A DNA stretch of 64,000 nucleotides from Clostridiales bacterium UBA2432 (GCA_002342805.1 DDQW01000074.1:15906-79905); one strand, 5' to 3'. Counted from the stretch's first letter, positions 1 through 10,411 are shown. Numbers and translations: made by a program. Notes: generated from the sequence alone by a model not told the origin.

Positions 1-1684
1 GGTTGATGGAAATGATACATCCGCATCTCAGCCAGATAATCAACCGATATTGGAATCTGGATTGACGGATGAATCGGCAAAAAGAAAACATAAGATGTTA
101 TCCTTTAATGAATACGAGAAGAATGCAATATTAAAAGCGCAAGAAGAGAGTTATAGTGTATATGGTATTACTATTATCATTGCGGAAAGTTGTGTTCTTA
201 AATCAGCAAGAGCCTTTATTATATTTAGAACATTGGAAGGGTTAGGTCAAATAATCAAGTCTCATCCATCTGTACAAGATATTGAAGATGAAAAATTTGA
301 TTTAGATTTTTCGGTTTTCCTTATTTCAAGTGAGAGTCAAGAAAAATTCTTAAAAGAACTTAATTCAATAGCCGAAGTTGAAGAAGTTCTTATTGATGAA
401 ATTCATCTTGAAGGTACCGTCCAAGAATTTGGTCAAAAACAAAGGGAAAACAAACAAGTTGATGAAGAGACAAACCAGGTACAAGATGATTCAAACAATG
501 ATAAAGAGAAACGTGAAAGTAAAGGGCAGGCACCAACCAAGCCAAAAGCAAATCGAACAGTGCGTGTGGATATCGAACGATTAGATAACTTAATGAATTT
601 AGTCAGTGAGTTAATAATTGTTAAGAATGGTTTGGAAACGGTAGAAAACAATAATCAAAATATGAATGAGCAGATTGAATATTTAGAACGTATTACAACG
701 AATTTACATGATGCCGTTATGAAGGTACGAATGGTGCCTGTTGAAAGAGTATTTAATCGTTTTCCTCGTTTGGTGCGTGATTTGGCGAGAAAGTTAAACA
801 AAAATCTCGAATTACATATGTCAGGTGAAGAAACAGAACTTGATCGGACAGTTATCGATGAAATAGGAGACCCTCTTGTTCACTTGATTCGTAATGCATG
901 TGACCATGGACAAGAAATGCCAAGCGAAAGAAAAAGTCGTGGAAAAAATGAAGTGGGAAATGTATATTTAGACGCATATCAAGATGGAAACAATGTTGTT
1001 ATTGAAGTTGCAGATGATGGTAATGGTATTGATGTGGAACGCGTCAAGGCTAAAGCCCTTAATAATGGAACAATATCAAGAGATCAAGCAGATGCAATGA
1101 GTGATCAAGATATTGTAGAGCTATTATTTAAACCTAGTTTTTCAACAGCAGATCAAATCTCAGATGTATCTGGTCGAGGTGTTGGCCTAGATGTCGTTAA
1201 AACAAAAATAGAAGCCTTAGGCGGAGATATTGAAGTTAAAACGAAACTTGGAAAAGGGTCAACATTTATTATTCGTTTACCATTAACATTAGCAATTATA
1301 CAAGCTTTAATGGTCCGATTAGAAAATGAAAAATATGCGATTCCATTAAATACAATTCAAAACATTGAAGATGTTAAAGTTTCGGATATAAAATATATTC
1401 AAAACCAAGAAGTCATTAATTTACGTGGACATGTTATACCTATTGTACGTTTAGATGGATTATTAGGAATTGAGCGAGAAAATACTGAAGAGTCGATGAC
1501 GGTTGTTATCGTTAATAAAGGTGACAAACAAGCTGGATTTGTTGTGGATGGATTAATAGGACAACAAGAAATTGTTATTAAGACTTTAGGCAAATATCTA
1601 ACGAATATCCGACTCATCGCTGGATCAACAATCTTAGGTGACGGTGAAGTTGCATTAATTCTAGATGTTAATTCACTAGTATAA
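1..1684 (+). CDS. cheA: Chemotaxis histidine kinase CheA (5'-truncated by the window edge)
   Basis: Frame is open from nt 2; P2 domain, dimerisation motif RTVRVDIERLDNLMNLV, HATPase (HLIRNACDHG, SGRGVGLDVV), C-terminal CheW-like domain. Confidence 0.97.
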   Translation, partial: VDGNDTSASQPDNQPILESGLTDESAKRKHKMLSFNEYEKNAILKAQEESYSVYGITIIIAESCVLKSARAFIIFRTLEGLGQIIKSHPSVQDIEDEKFDLDFSVFLISSESQEKFLKELNSIAEVEEVLIDEIHLEGTVQEFGQKQRENKQVDEETNQVQDDSNNDKEKRESKGQAPTKPKANRTVRVDIERLDNLMNLVSELIIVKNGLETVENNNQNMNEQIEYLERITTNLHDAVMKVRMVPVERVFNRFPRLVRDLARKLNKNLELHMSGEETELDRTVIDEIGDPLVHLIRNACDHGQEMPSERKSRGKNEVGNVYLDAYQDGNNVVIEVADDGNGIDVERVKAKALNNGTISRDQADAMSDQDIVELLFKPSFSTADQISDVSGRGVGLDVVKTKIEALGGDIEVKTKLGKGSTFIIRLPLTLAIIQALMVRLENEKYAIPLNTIQNIEDVKVSDIKYIQNQEVINLRGHVIPIVRLDGLLGIERENTEESMTVVIVNKGDKQAGFVVDGLIGQQEIVIKTLGKYLTNIRLIAGSTILGDGEVALILDVNSLV

Positions 1685-1698
1685 ACAGGAGGGTAATA

Positions 1699-2151
1699 AT
1701 GGAAAATAATCAAACAAAAAATGAAGACATAAAGCAATTTATTGTTGTAAAATTTGGTCATGAACAATATGGAATTAACATTCAAATCGTTCAAAACATT
1801 GTTCGAATGCCTAATATCACACGCGTCCCAAATGCTCCTGCATATATTAAAGGAGTTATTAATTTAAGAGGAGAAATTATTCCTGTAATGAGTGTTCGTG
1901 TTAAGTTTGAGTTAGAAGAAGATCAATTTACCAATGCTACACGGATTATTATTGTGAAAATTGATGGGAACGCCATTGGATTGATTGTCGATGAAGTATT
2001 AGAAGTCATACAATTATCCGAAGCACAAATTGAAAAAATTGTGAGTGATTCTGATGATGAAAAATCTAAATATGTTTATGCCGTTGGAAAAGTCGGAGAA
2101 GAATTAGTTACGTTACTCAACGTAGGATCAATCATAGGCGTAGATGATTAA
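1699..2151 (+). CDS. cheW: Chemotaxis adaptor CheW
   Basis: ITRVPNAPAYIKGVINLRGEIIPV motif; RBS aggagg; follows cheA. Confidence 0.96.
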   Translation: MENNQTKNEDIKQFIVVKFGHEQYGINIQIVQNIVRMPNITRVPNAPAYIKGVINLRGEIIPVMSVRVKFELEEDQFTNATRIIIVKIDGNAIGLIVDEVLEVIQLSEAQIEKIVSDSDDEKSKYVYAVGKVGEELVTLLNVGSIIGVDD

Positions 2152-2166
2152 GAAAGGTGACCGTAT

Positions 2167-2802
2167 ATGAGCAATTTAGATTATAATAGCTTAGATAGCA
2201 TGCACCTGGATATTTTACGAGAAATCGGAAATATTGGTGCTGGTAATGCTACAACAGCCCTATCTCAAATGATTAATAAGAAAATTGACATGGGAGTTCC
2301 ACAGGTTAATGTTCTAGAATTTAAAGAGTTAGCAGAAGTTTTAGGCGGTGCAGAAAATCCGATTGTTGGGATTCTCATAGGTGTAGAAGGACAAATCAAT
2401 GGAATGATGATGTTTGTCTTAGAGCAAAAATCAGCACACAATTTAGTGAATATGCTTATGGGAAGAGATATTGATTGCTTTGAAGATTTCACTGAAATGG
2501 ATTTGTCTGCATTAAATGAAATCGGAAATATCATTGCAGGAGCATATCTTTCTTCATTATCGACTCTCACAAATTTAAAGATTATCGGTACTGTACCTAA
2601 TATGGCCATTGATATGGCAGGTGCCATATTAAGTGTTCCAGCTATTGAATTTGGAAAAGTTGGTGATAGAGCACTATTAATTCAAACAGATTTCGGTGGC
2701 GAACTTGAGCGTGTATTTGGGTATTTTATTTTGATTCCTGAATTAGATTCGTATGCTGAAATATTAAAAAGTTTAGGAATTATTCAAGATGACAATGATT
2801 AA
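2167..2802 (+). CDS. cheC: CheY-P phosphatase CheC
   Basis: Two EIGNI motifs (LREIGNIGAGNA, LNEIGNIIAG); lies between cheW and cheD. Confidence 0.95.
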   Translation: MSNLDYNSLDSMHLDILREIGNIGAGNATTALSQMINKKIDMGVPQVNVLEFKELAEVLGGAENPIVGILIGVEGQINGMMMFVLEQKSAHNLVNMLMGRDIDCFEDFTEMDLSALNEIGNIIAGAYLSSLSTLTNLKIIGTVPNMAIDMAGAILSVPAIEFGKVGDRALLIQTDFGGELERVFGYFILIPELDSYAEILKSLGIIQDDND

Positions 2803-3271
2803 AGTCGGTATGGCAGATTTAAATGTGTGCAAGTCACCGGATGCCTTAACTACGCTCGGTTTAGGTTCATGTATTGGGATTATACTCTATGACCAAAGAA
2901 CAAAAGTAAGTGGTCTTGCACATATTATGTTGCCTGATAGTACACAAATCAAAAAAAATGAAAATAAAGCTAAATTTGCTGATACGGCAATTTATGAATT
3001 AATAAAAGAGATGGAAAAGATAGGAGCACACAAGTCGCGACTCGTTTCAAAAATTGCAGGAGGGGCGCAAATGTTTTCCTTTAGTGGCAATAATGATATG
3101 ATGCGAATTGGAGAACGTAATGCTGAAGCAACGCGAAAATTGCTTAAAGAGCTAGGGATACCACTTTTAGCAGAAGAGTGTGGAAAAAATTATGGAAGAA
3201 CGATTGAGTTCTATTCAGAAACCGGAGAATTGCATATCAAAACAATAGGTAAAGAAATAAAAATTATCTAA
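2789..3271 (+). CDS. cheD: Chemoreceptor glutamine deamidase CheD
   Basis: TLGLGSC, AHIMLP and KIAGGAQMF motifs; start could be 2795. Confidence 0.96.
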   Translation: MTMIKVGMADLNVCKSPDALTTLGLGSCIGIILYDQRTKVSGLAHIMLPDSTQIKKNENKAKFADTAIYELIKEMEKIGAHKSRLVSKIAGGAQMFSFSGNNDMMRIGERNAEATRKLLKELGIPLLAEECGKNYGRTIEFYSETGELHIKTIGKEIKII

Positions 3272-3285
3272 GGCTGGGTGAAGTT

Positions 3286-3564
3286 ATGCGTATTCGTAAT
3301 ATAAATATAAGTTTAATGTTAATTGCTGGAATTATTGTTGCTATCTATAGTATTGTGTATAATTATTCTATGATACGAATTATATATACAATGCTTATTG
3401 TTATGCTCTTGTTTTTTGTCATAGGTACAATAATACAAAGTCGATTAAATGCAATTATTGAAAAAAATAATTTGGAAAAAAATAAAGTTATTAATGAACA
3501 GCTTGATGAAGAAGTCAAAGAATTAGAAAATATAACTCCTGATCCTGAGCAAGAAAAAGAGTAG
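3286..3564 (+). CDS. Small two-TM membrane protein between cheD and fliA
   Basis: Two hydrophobic segments, acidic tail, RBS gggtga; operon-like spacing. Confidence 0.75.
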   Translation: MRIRNINISLMLIAGIIVAIYSIVYNYSMIRIIYTMLIVMLLFFVIGTIIQSRLNAIIEKNNLEKNKVINEQLDEEVKELENITPDPEQEKE

Positions 3565-3585
3565 GAATGATTTAAGGAGGACAGT

Positions 3586-4350
3586 ATGAATGATGCAGCT
3601 AAGAATCAGTTATGGCAACAATATGACAAAACTAAAAATCCTCAAATTAAAGAACAACTAATCATTGAGTATGCAGGATTAGTTAAACTAGTTGCTGGTC
3701 GACTAAGCATGTATCTCGGTAACAATGTAGAGTTTGATGACTTGACAGGCTATGGTGTTTTTGGACTTATTGATGCGATTGATAAGTTTGATTACTCAAA
3801 AGGTATTAAATTTGAGACCTATGCTTCGTTGAGAATTCGTGGCTCAATTTTAGATAACATTCGAAAAATGGATTGGATACCTCGATCGATTCGCAAAAAG
3901 CAAAAAATGATTGAAGCAGCTAAATTTCAAATTGAAAATGATTCAAAAGAAAATATTACAGATACATTAATAGCAGAAGAATTAGATATATCTGTTGAAG
4001 AATTATATAAATGGCAAGACCAAACAAAGGCGCTAAACTTATCCTCCCTTGAAGAATTCCTTGAACAAGGAGGAGAAGTGACATCGGATAAGATGATGAC
4101 AAAGCGATTTGATCAACCGGAAAAAGCAATTGAAGAAGAAGAGGTTAAGAAAACTCTGATTAAGGCAATTGAAGGGTTAACGGAGAAAGAAAAAAAAGTC
4201 ATTACACTTTATTATTACGAGGAACTGACCCTCAAAGAAATTTCGCTTATTATGGAAGTATCTGAATCGAGAATTAGTCAATTGCATACACGTTCACTAA
4301 AAAAAATGAAAGAAGTATTAGGGAATGATGTAGAAATTTTCCAAATGTGA
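3586..4350 (+). CDS. fliA: FliA/WhiG-family (sigma-28/SigD) RNA polymerase sigma factor
   Basis: KFETYASLRIRGSILD, DWIPRSIR, region 4 LTLKEISLIMEVSESRISQLH; flagellar context. Confidence 0.93.
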   Translation: MNDAAKNQLWQQYDKTKNPQIKEQLIIEYAGLVKLVAGRLSMYLGNNVEFDDLTGYGVFGLIDAIDKFDYSKGIKFETYASLRIRGSILDNIRKMDWIPRSIRKKQKMIEAAKFQIENDSKENITDTLIAEELDISVEELYKWQDQTKALNLSSLEEFLEQGGEVTSDKMMTKRFDQPEKAIEEEEVKKTLIKAIEGLTEKEKKVITLYYYEELTLKEISLIMEVSESRISQLHTRSLKKMKEVLGNDVEIFQM

Positions 4351-4401
4351 CGATATAATGTATAGACAACATTATATTGAAAGTTTACTGGAGGTTTTAT
4401 A

Positions 4402-6018
4402 ATGGGAAATGCAGCGTTTGATGGTTATTATACAATCATAGAAAAAACAGATGGTCACTATCTTGAAATATATGCACCGGTAGATCAGGGGAAACCGGTT
4501 ACCATTGATGAGATAAAAGATGAACTTCGAAATAGCGGGATGATGAATGTAGATATGGAGAAGCTACAAGAATCGATGAAGAATATGGATGACAAACTTG
4601 TTATTAAGATTTCAGACTCGTATAATGTAGACGAAGTGACTGGAAAACAAAATGTATATAGAATTGAAGTTTCCGATAACTGGATGGAAGCTTATGTTAC
4701 GTTTTATCCTGGAGCAGAAAACGCAAATATTTCCTTTAATGAAATCCTAGATGAATTGGAACAACGTAGTATCAAATATGGTATAAAACTTGACTATTTA
4801 GAAGAAGTACTTGCTAATCATGACTTTAATGTGCCTTATATTATAGCTCAAGGTCAAGAAGCCACTCCGGCAATTCCGGGTAAAGTGGAATATCTATTTA
4901 AATTAAATGCAGATATGAAACCGGAAGTTGATGCAAATGGAAATGTGAATTTTCATAAATTAAGTGTCATTAGTCTTGTTAAAGAAGGCGACTTATTAGC
5001 GCGTTTGATTCAAACAGAACCGGGTCAAGCTGGCATGAACATTAAAGGGCATGAGCTCATTCCGGCTAAAGGAAAAAACATTCGTATACGCTATGGTAAG
5101 AATACTCGAATCAATGAAGATAAGACAGAATTATATGCAGATAAAAGCGGACTCGTTAAAGTCATTGATGAAAAGATTGTTGTTAATAATATTTATGATA
5201 TTCCAGGCAACGTAGGAAGTTCAACCGGCGATATAACCTTTGATGGTTCTGTTGTCGTTCATGGGAATGTTATCACAGGTTTTCGTGTTGAAGCCAAAGA
5301 GGATATAGAAGTCATGGGCGTTGTTGAAGGAGCTACACTTCTTGCGGGAGGCATGATTACTCTACATAGTGGAATCCAAGGCATGGGAAAAAGTAATATT
5401 AAATGTGGTGGAGACTTGCACACGAAGTTTATTGAACAGGCAGATGTGTCTTGTGGAGGAAATATATATAGTGAAGCTTTATTGCATAGTAATGTTTCAT
5501 GTAAAGGTGAAATTATTGTAGAAGGTAAAAAGGGAATGATTTCCGGTGGCCGTGTTCGAGCTGGACAACTTGTATCAAGCCGTATTCTTGGATCCCATAT
5601 GGGAACAGTAACTGAAGTTGAAGTGGGAATTGACCCTGCCTTACTTGAAGAATACAATGAGCTTAGAAGAGGGATCGGCAAGTTAAAAGAAGAGGCAGAA
5701 AACCTTGAAAAAGTCATTCTATTATTAAATAAGCGAAAAGAAATGACGGGAGAATTAGACGACGAGAAGGCTGAAATGTATAAGTCAGCAGTTCGTAACA
5801 AAGTGTTTTTAACAAATAAAATCACAAAAAATGAACGACGAATAGAAGAACTTCAAGACGAAGTCGGACATAGAAATTCTGGGTTAGTTAAAGTTTCAGG
5901 GAATGTATATCCTGGTGTTCGAATTGGGATTGGTAATGTATATTACTTTGTTAAGGAAGAAGTTAAATATGCTGCATTTTATAAAGATGGTGCAGATGTA
6001 CGTATGCGAGCGTTATAA
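4402..6018 (+). CDS. FapA (DUF342) family flagellar assembly protein
   Basis: TGDITFDGSVVVHGNV beta-helix-like repeats, coiled coil, VYPGVRIGIG C-terminus; follows fliA. Confidence 0.88.
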   Translation: MGNAAFDGYYTIIEKTDGHYLEIYAPVDQGKPVTIDEIKDELRNSGMMNVDMEKLQESMKNMDDKLVIKISDSYNVDEVTGKQNVYRIEVSDNWMEAYVTFYPGAENANISFNEILDELEQRSIKYGIKLDYLEEVLANHDFNVPYIIAQGQEATPAIPGKVEYLFKLNADMKPEVDANGNVNFHKLSVISLVKEGDLLARLIQTEPGQAGMNIKGHELIPAKGKNIRIRYGKNTRINEDKTELYADKSGLVKVIDEKIVVNNIYDIPGNVGSSTGDITFDGSVVVHGNVITGFRVEAKEDIEVMGVVEGATLLAGGMITLHSGIQGMGKSNIKCGGDLHTKFIEQADVSCGGNIYSEALLHSNVSCKGEIIVEGKKGMISGGRVRAGQLVSSRILGSHMGTVTEVEVGIDPALLEEYNELRRGIGKLKEEAENLEKVILLLNKRKEMTGELDDEKAEMYKSAVRNKVFLTNKITKNERRIEELQDEVGHRNSGLVKVSGNVYPGVRIGIGNVYYFVKEEVKYAAFYKDGADVRMRAL

Positions 6019-6043
6019 TTTTTGAATGTAAGGAGTTGATTAT

Positions 6044-6352
6044 ATGGCAATTAGACCTTTAGACATGCAAGTTATGGTACCCAAGCTTCAAGAAGTTGCA
6101 CAAATGAAACATGCAGAAAATCAACGCTCGAATCTTGAACAAAGTCATATTGCAAACCAAAATAATAAAGACATCCAACATGATCAACATCGAGTAAAAC
6201 ATTCTTCAGAAGGACAAGAAACAGATGCTCAAGCCGATGCAAAAGAAGAAGGAAAAAACACGTATGGATATCAACCGCCCAATAAAAAACGCGACCAAGC
6301 AAATGAAAAAAAGAAACCAAAAAGCTATCATAAAATTGATGTACGAATTTAG
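6044..6352 (+). CDS. Conserved hypothetical protein of clostridial flagellar cluster ends
   Basis: MAIRPLDMQ N-terminus, IDVRI C-terminus, RBS aaggag. Confidence 0.75.
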   Translation: MAIRPLDMQVMVPKLQEVAQMKHAENQRSNLEQSHIANQNNKDIQHDQHRVKHSSEGQETDAQADAKEEGKNTYGYQPPNKKRDQANEKKKPKSYHKIDVRI

Positions 6353-6364
6353 TTAGGAGATATT

Positions 6365-6856
6365 ATGACAAGTTTTGATGGTTTATTAGTGACGTTAATC
6401 TTTATTGGTGGACTACTTTTTATAGTAAGTTTTGTCATTATCCGAAATGGCATAAATCATATCGATGAGAATGCAGAATATAATGAGGACGATGAAGATT
6501 TTGTGTATGATGAAGTAAAAAGTAAAATTTTAGAACTCAATGAATATGGTGAATATCTAAAAAATGAACTTGATGCAAAGCATAAAGAACTCCTTTTTTT
6601 ATACCAGATGATTAATGAAAGGGAAAAAGAAATTCGGCGTACGGATCCTATTCCAGAAAGTTCACAAGAGCTTGAAAGCCATCAAGATATGCATCTAAAT
6701 GCAGTCAGTCAAAAAGAAGTTGAAGTGTATAAAGACATTCATTATAATAAAAAAATACTTGATATGTCCATAGCAGGATATTCGAATCAAGAGATTGCAA
6801 AACGTCTAAATATAGGTACAGGACAAGTAGAACTGGTGTTGAACTTATTTAAATAG
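6365..6856 (+). CDS. Membrane-anchored coiled-coil protein with C-terminal HTH-like motif (DUF2802/DUF6115, SwrB-like)
   Basis: N-terminal TM, coiled coil, GYSNQEIAKRLNIGTGQVELVLNL. Confidence 0.75.
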   Translation: MTSFDGLLVTLIFIGGLLFIVSFVIIRNGINHIDENAEYNEDDEDFVYDEVKSKILELNEYGEYLKNELDAKHKELLFLYQMINEREKEIRRTDPIPESSQELESHQDMHLNAVSQKEVEVYKDIHYNKKILDMSIAGYSNQEIAKRLNIGTGQVELVLNLFK

Positions 6857-6868
6857 GAGATTAAAAGG

Positions 6869-7126
6869 ATGAAGAGCATAAAAAAAGACAATGTATTATG
6901 GATGATTCAAGGGATTGGCATTGGACTGTTGCTAGCCGGAATCATCCTATTTATATGGAAAGAACCCTTGAGTAAAAGTTTTCAAGAGACAATTACAGAT
7001 GAAGAAGTTAGAGAACGCGCACAAGAGTTAGGGATGATTCCCCTAACAAAAGTCGAGGATGTTTACTTAACAGATGAGGATGTTATAAAAAAAGCTCAAG
7101 AACTTGGCATGGAATTTAGTGAATAA
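6869..7126 (+). CDS. Small membrane protein with a duplicated TDExVxxxAQELGM motif
   Basis: One TM helix; motif copies at 6995-7036 and 7070-7111. Confidence 0.7.
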   Translation: MKSIKKDNVLWMIQGIGIGLLLAGIILFIWKEPLSKSFQETITDEEVRERAQELGMIPLTKVEDVYLTDEDVIKKAQELGMEFSE

Positions 7127-7132
7127 AAGTAC

Positions 7133-7161
7133 TTGTTTTTTTTGTGTGTATATGGTACACT
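7133..7161 (+). promoter_or_regulatory. Sigma-A promoter of rpsB-tsf
   Basis: TTGTTT-17 bp-TACACT with TGn extension. Confidence 0.65.
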
Positions 7162-7177
7162 ATCAGACGGGTAAAAA

Positions 7178-7260
7178 AAGCACATAGGACGATTTCTGGC
7201 ATGGTGCCGTGAAGGTTTGCCAAGAAGAAGAATCCTATGGAAGAAGATAACCAATGGAGG
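7178..7260 (+). promoter_or_regulatory. rpsB (S2) structured leader, likely autoregulatory
   Basis: CATAGGA pairs with TCCTATG; inner TTCT-GGCA/TGCC-AAGAA stem; lies between promoter and rpsB RBS, where S2 leaders occur. Confidence 0.7.
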
Positions 7261-7267
7261 TAGTAAA

Positions 7268-7993
7268 ATGAGCGTTATTTCAATGAAACAACTATTAGAA
7301 GCAGGTGTTCACTTTGGACATCAAACACGAAGATGGAATCCTAAAATGGCTGAGTATATCTATACTGAGCGTAACGGGATTTATATCATCGACTTACAAC
7401 AAACAACAAAATTAATCGATAAAGCGTATGACGTGGTTAAAGAAGTTGTGGCAGCAGGTGGTAAAGTTCTTTTCGTAGGAACGAAAAAGCAAGCTCAAGA
7501 AGCGATTCAAAAAGAAGCAGAGCGTTGTGGAATGTTCTATGTGAATAACCGATGGTTAGGTGGTATGTTAACAAACTTTAATACAATTCAAAGTCGTATT
7601 AATCGTCTAAAAGAAATTGAAAAGATGGAAGAAGACGGTACATTTGAAGTATTACCTAAAAAAGAAGTTATTGGTTTACGTCATGAGATGGAAAAACTTG
7701 AGAGAAACCTTGGCGGAATTAAAGAGATGAACGGTGTTCCGGATCTTATCTATATTGTTGATCCAAAGAACGAACGTATCACTATTCAAGAAGCACATAT
7801 CCTTGGTATTCCTTTAATCGGTATTGTTGATACAAACTGTGATCCGGAAGAGATTGATTATGTTATTCCTGGTAACGATGATGCAATCCGTGCAGTTAAA
7901 CTTATTACTTCAACAATGGCAAATGCTGTAATTGAAGCAAATCAAGGTGCACAAATGAATGTTGATGACGAAGTTGAAGTGCCAGCTGAATAA
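7268..7993 (+). CDS. rpsB: 30S ribosomal protein S2
   Basis: [27 protein letters not shown]; RBS ggagg supports ATG 7268 over the ORF-track start 7217. Confidence 0.99.
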   Translation: MSVISMKQLLEAGVHFGHQTRRWNPKMAEYIYTERNGIYIIDLQQTTKLIDKAYDVVKEVVAAGGKVLFVGTKKQAQEAIQKEAERCGMFYVNNRWLGGMLTNFNTIQSRINRLKEIEKMEEDGTFEVLPKKEVIGLRHEMEKLERNLGGIKEMNGVPDLIYIVDPKNERITIQEAHILGIPLIGIVDTNCDPEEIDYVIPGNDDAIRAVKLITSTMANAVIEANQGAQMNVDDEVEVPAE

Positions 7994-8035
7994 GTTCATA
8001 ACATTTTATGTCATGTTATGTATAATATAAAACTG

Positions 8036-8065
8036 AATGCTTCAACATATGTTGAAGCATTTTTT
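8036..8065 (+). terminator. Palindromic hairpin with T-tract between rpsB and tsf
   Basis: Perfect 26-bp palindrome AATGCTTCAACATATGTTGAAGCATT followed by Ts. Confidence 0.7.
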
Positions 8066-8105
8066 ACGAATGAATCTTAATGAATAATATATGGAGGTAA
8101 TGGAT

Positions 8106-9032
8106 ATGGCAGTAACTGCAGCATTAGTAAAAGAATTACGTGAAAGAACAGGCGCCGGAATGCTTGATTGCAAAAAAGCATTAACGGAGACTGACGGTAA
8201 TATTGAACAGTCGATTGAAGTGTTACGTGAAAAAGGTCTTGCAAAAGCAGCAAAAAAAGCCGGACGTATTGCAGCTGAAGGTATGGTAGTTGCAAATGTA
8301 GCGGATGACCAGAAATCAGCGGTACTTGTTGAAGTTAACTCTGAAACAGACTTTGTGGCTAAAAATGAAAAATTCCAGAAGTATGTTGCTCAAGTAGCTG
8401 AACAAGCAATGAAAACAAGCGCAACAGATATTGAGGCTTTCTTAGCTGAGAAATGGATTGCAGACGAGTCAAAAACGGTTGAAGAAGAAGTGAATTCTCA
8501 AATCGCAGTCATTGGAGAAAAACTTAGTATTCGACGATTCAAAAAAATTACAGTTGACAATGGAATGGTTGCGTCATATATTCATGCAGGTGGAAAAATC
8601 GGCGTTTTAGTTGAAGCTGAAACAGACCTTGTTAATGATGATATTCAAGAAGCACTTCGTAATGTTGCTATGCAAATCGCAGCTTTACCACCAGTTTACT
8701 TAAGCCGTGAAGAAGTTGATGCAGACTATATTGAATCAGAAAAAGCAATTCTTAAACAACAAGCAATTAATGAAAATCCTGATAAACCGGAAAGCATCAT
8801 TGACAAAATGATTATCGGACGTCTAAATAAGCAATTAAAAGAAGTATGTCTTTTAGATCAGACATATGTTAAAGACAGTGATTTAACTGTTCAGAAATAT
8901 ATTGATCAAGTAGCTAAAAATGCTGGTACATCGATTACGTTAAAATCCTATGTACGATTTGAAACAGGCGAAGGTATTGAAAAGAAAGAAGAAAACTTTG
9001 CTGAAGAAGTTGCTAAACAAATGCAACAATAA
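8106..9032 (+). CDS. tsf: Elongation factor Ts
   Basis: VKELRERTGAGMLDCKKAL, EVNSETDFVAKN. Confidence 0.99.
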   Translation: MAVTAALVKELRERTGAGMLDCKKALTETDGNIEQSIEVLREKGLAKAAKKAGRIAAEGMVVANVADDQKSAVLVEVNSETDFVAKNEKFQKYVAQVAEQAMKTSATDIEAFLAEKWIADESKTVEEEVNSQIAVIGEKLSIRRFKKITVDNGMVASYIHAGGKIGVLVEAETDLVNDDIQEALRNVAMQIAALPPVYLSREEVDADYIESEKAILKQQAINENPDKPESIIDKMIIGRLNKQLKEVCLLDQTYVKDSDLTVQKYIDQVAKNAGTSITLKSYVRFETGEGIEKKEENFAEEVAKQMQQ

Positions 9033-9054
9033 TTAGTCATAGAATTGTTGTTTT

Positions 9055-9086
9055 AAAGGAAGCACCTTGGTGTTTCCTTTAATTTT
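9055..9086 (+). terminator. Intrinsic terminator after tsf
   Basis: AAAGGAAGCACC-TT-GGTGTTTCCTTT then AT-rich tail. Confidence 0.6.
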
Positions 9087-9136
9087 ATCTAGTAATATTG
9101 TTGAAATTATGATAAATTATAAATGTGAGGTGTACG

Positions 9137-9841
9137 ATGAAAAAACCCCAAAAGGTGTTATTAAAGTTAAGCGGTGAAGCTCTTTCCGGAGAAGCCGGAA
9201 AATGTTTTTCAGAAAAGAATGTTTTAGAAGTTGCAAGGCAAGTGAAAGAACTTGTAACAAATGGAGTCCAAGTTGGAATTGTTATTGGTGGCGGTAATTT
9301 TTGGCGTGGCCGAACGAGTGAAAACATGGACAGGACAAAAGCAGATCAGATTGGTATGCTGGCTACAGTTATGAATTGCTTATATGCAGCAGAAATTTTT
9401 CGGACGCTTGGTTTAAAAACATTGGTAATGACTCCGTTCAAAGTTGGTCAGATGACTCAAGAATTTGATAAAGATTCATGTATGGAAAAACAGAGCCAAG
9501 GAGTTGTCACTTTTTTTGCAGGTGGTTTAGGACATCCGTATTTTTCAACGGATACAACAGCAGCATTGCGTGCAATTGAGACAGAATGTGATATAATATT
9601 ATTAGCAAAAAATATTGATGGAGTTTATGATTCGGATCCAAATCAACATTCAGAGGCTATTAAATATGATCGCATTTCCTTGAAAGAAGTTATTGACCAA
9701 GAATTGAAGGTTATGGATTTGACTGCAGCGATTATGTGCCTAGAGCATAAAATTAATATGCACGTATTTTATCTTAATGATGAAGATAGCATAATCAATG
9801 CAATGAATGGTCAGAATAAGGGTACTTTAGTTTATGTATAA
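9137..9841 (+). CDS. pyrH: UMP kinase
   Basis: LLKLSGEAL, IGGGNFWRG, PYFSTDT. Confidence 0.98.
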   Translation: MKKPQKVLLKLSGEALSGEAGKCFSEKNVLEVARQVKELVTNGVQVGIVIGGGNFWRGRTSENMDRTKADQIGMLATVMNCLYAAEIFRTLGLKTLVMTPFKVGQMTQEFDKDSCMEKQSQGVVTFFAGGLGHPYFSTDTTAALRAIETECDIILLAKNIDGVYDSDPNQHSEAIKYDRISLKEVIDQELKVMDLTAAIMCLEHKINMHVFYLNDEDSIINAMNGQNKGTLVYV

Positions 9842-9856
9842 TTTAGGAGGCTACTT

Positions 9857-10411
9857 ATGGAGGCAGTATTAAAAGAATATGAAGAGAAGATGGAAAAAAC
9901 GATTCACGTACTAGAAGAAGAATTTAATAGTATTCGAGCTGGACGAGCGAATCCACACGTGCTTGATCAAATCAAAGTTGACTATTATGGTCAACCATCA
10001 CCTTTGAACCAGGTAGGAAACATTAGTGTGCCGGAAGCAAGATTGTTGCAAATCCAACCTTGGGATAAAACAATGTTAGCTGAAATCGAAAAAGCAATAA
10101 ACATGTCAGATATTGGAATACATCCACAAAATGACGGCGCTTGTATTCGATTATCATTCCCTGAATTAACGGAAGAACGACGTAAAGAATTAACAAAAGA
10201 TATTAAGAAAAAAGGTGAAGATGCAAAAATTGCAATTCGTAACATTCGTAGAGATGCCAATGATCATTTTAAACGTCAAGAAAAAGACAGTAAAATCACT
10301 GAAGATGATTTAAAAGAACTTGAAGATAAGGTACAATCATTGACTGACAAATTTATTAAAAATATTGATGAACATGTTTCAAGAAAAAGCGAAGAAATCT
10401 TAAAAGTATAA
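9857..10411 (+). CDS. frr: Ribosome recycling factor
   Basis: IRAGRANP, LTEERRKEL, IRNIRRDAND. Confidence 0.99.
   Translation: MEAVLKEYEEKMEKTIHVLEEEFNSIRAGRANPHVLDQIKVDYYGQPSPLNQVGNISVPEARLLQIQPWDKTMLAEIEKAINMSDIGIHPQNDGACIRLSFPELTEERRKELTKDIKKKGEDAKIAIRNIRRDANDHFKRQEKDSKITEDDLKELEDKVQSLTDKFIKNIDEHVSRKSEEILKV

Noticed and set aside
4331-4356. Possible sigma-28 promoter before FapA (TAGA-N14-GACGATAT)
   Set aside because: Both boxes and the spacing deviate from TAAA-N15/16-GCCGATAT; too weak to call.
5259-5825. 188-aa antisense ORF in FapA, and similar shadow ORFs (1399-1794, 16119-16607, 23857-24231, 34205-34594, 36658-37083, 47754-48182)
   Set aside because: They lie almost wholly opposite well-supported genes and show no recognisable motifs; typical antisense shadows.
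7217-7267. N-terminal extension of RpsB in the ORF track (also extended starts for tsf, pyrH, the EF-G paralog, cggR, tpiA, smpB)
   Set aside because: The extensions run through leader, operator or RBS sequence; downstream starts have proper RBS and match conserved N-termini.
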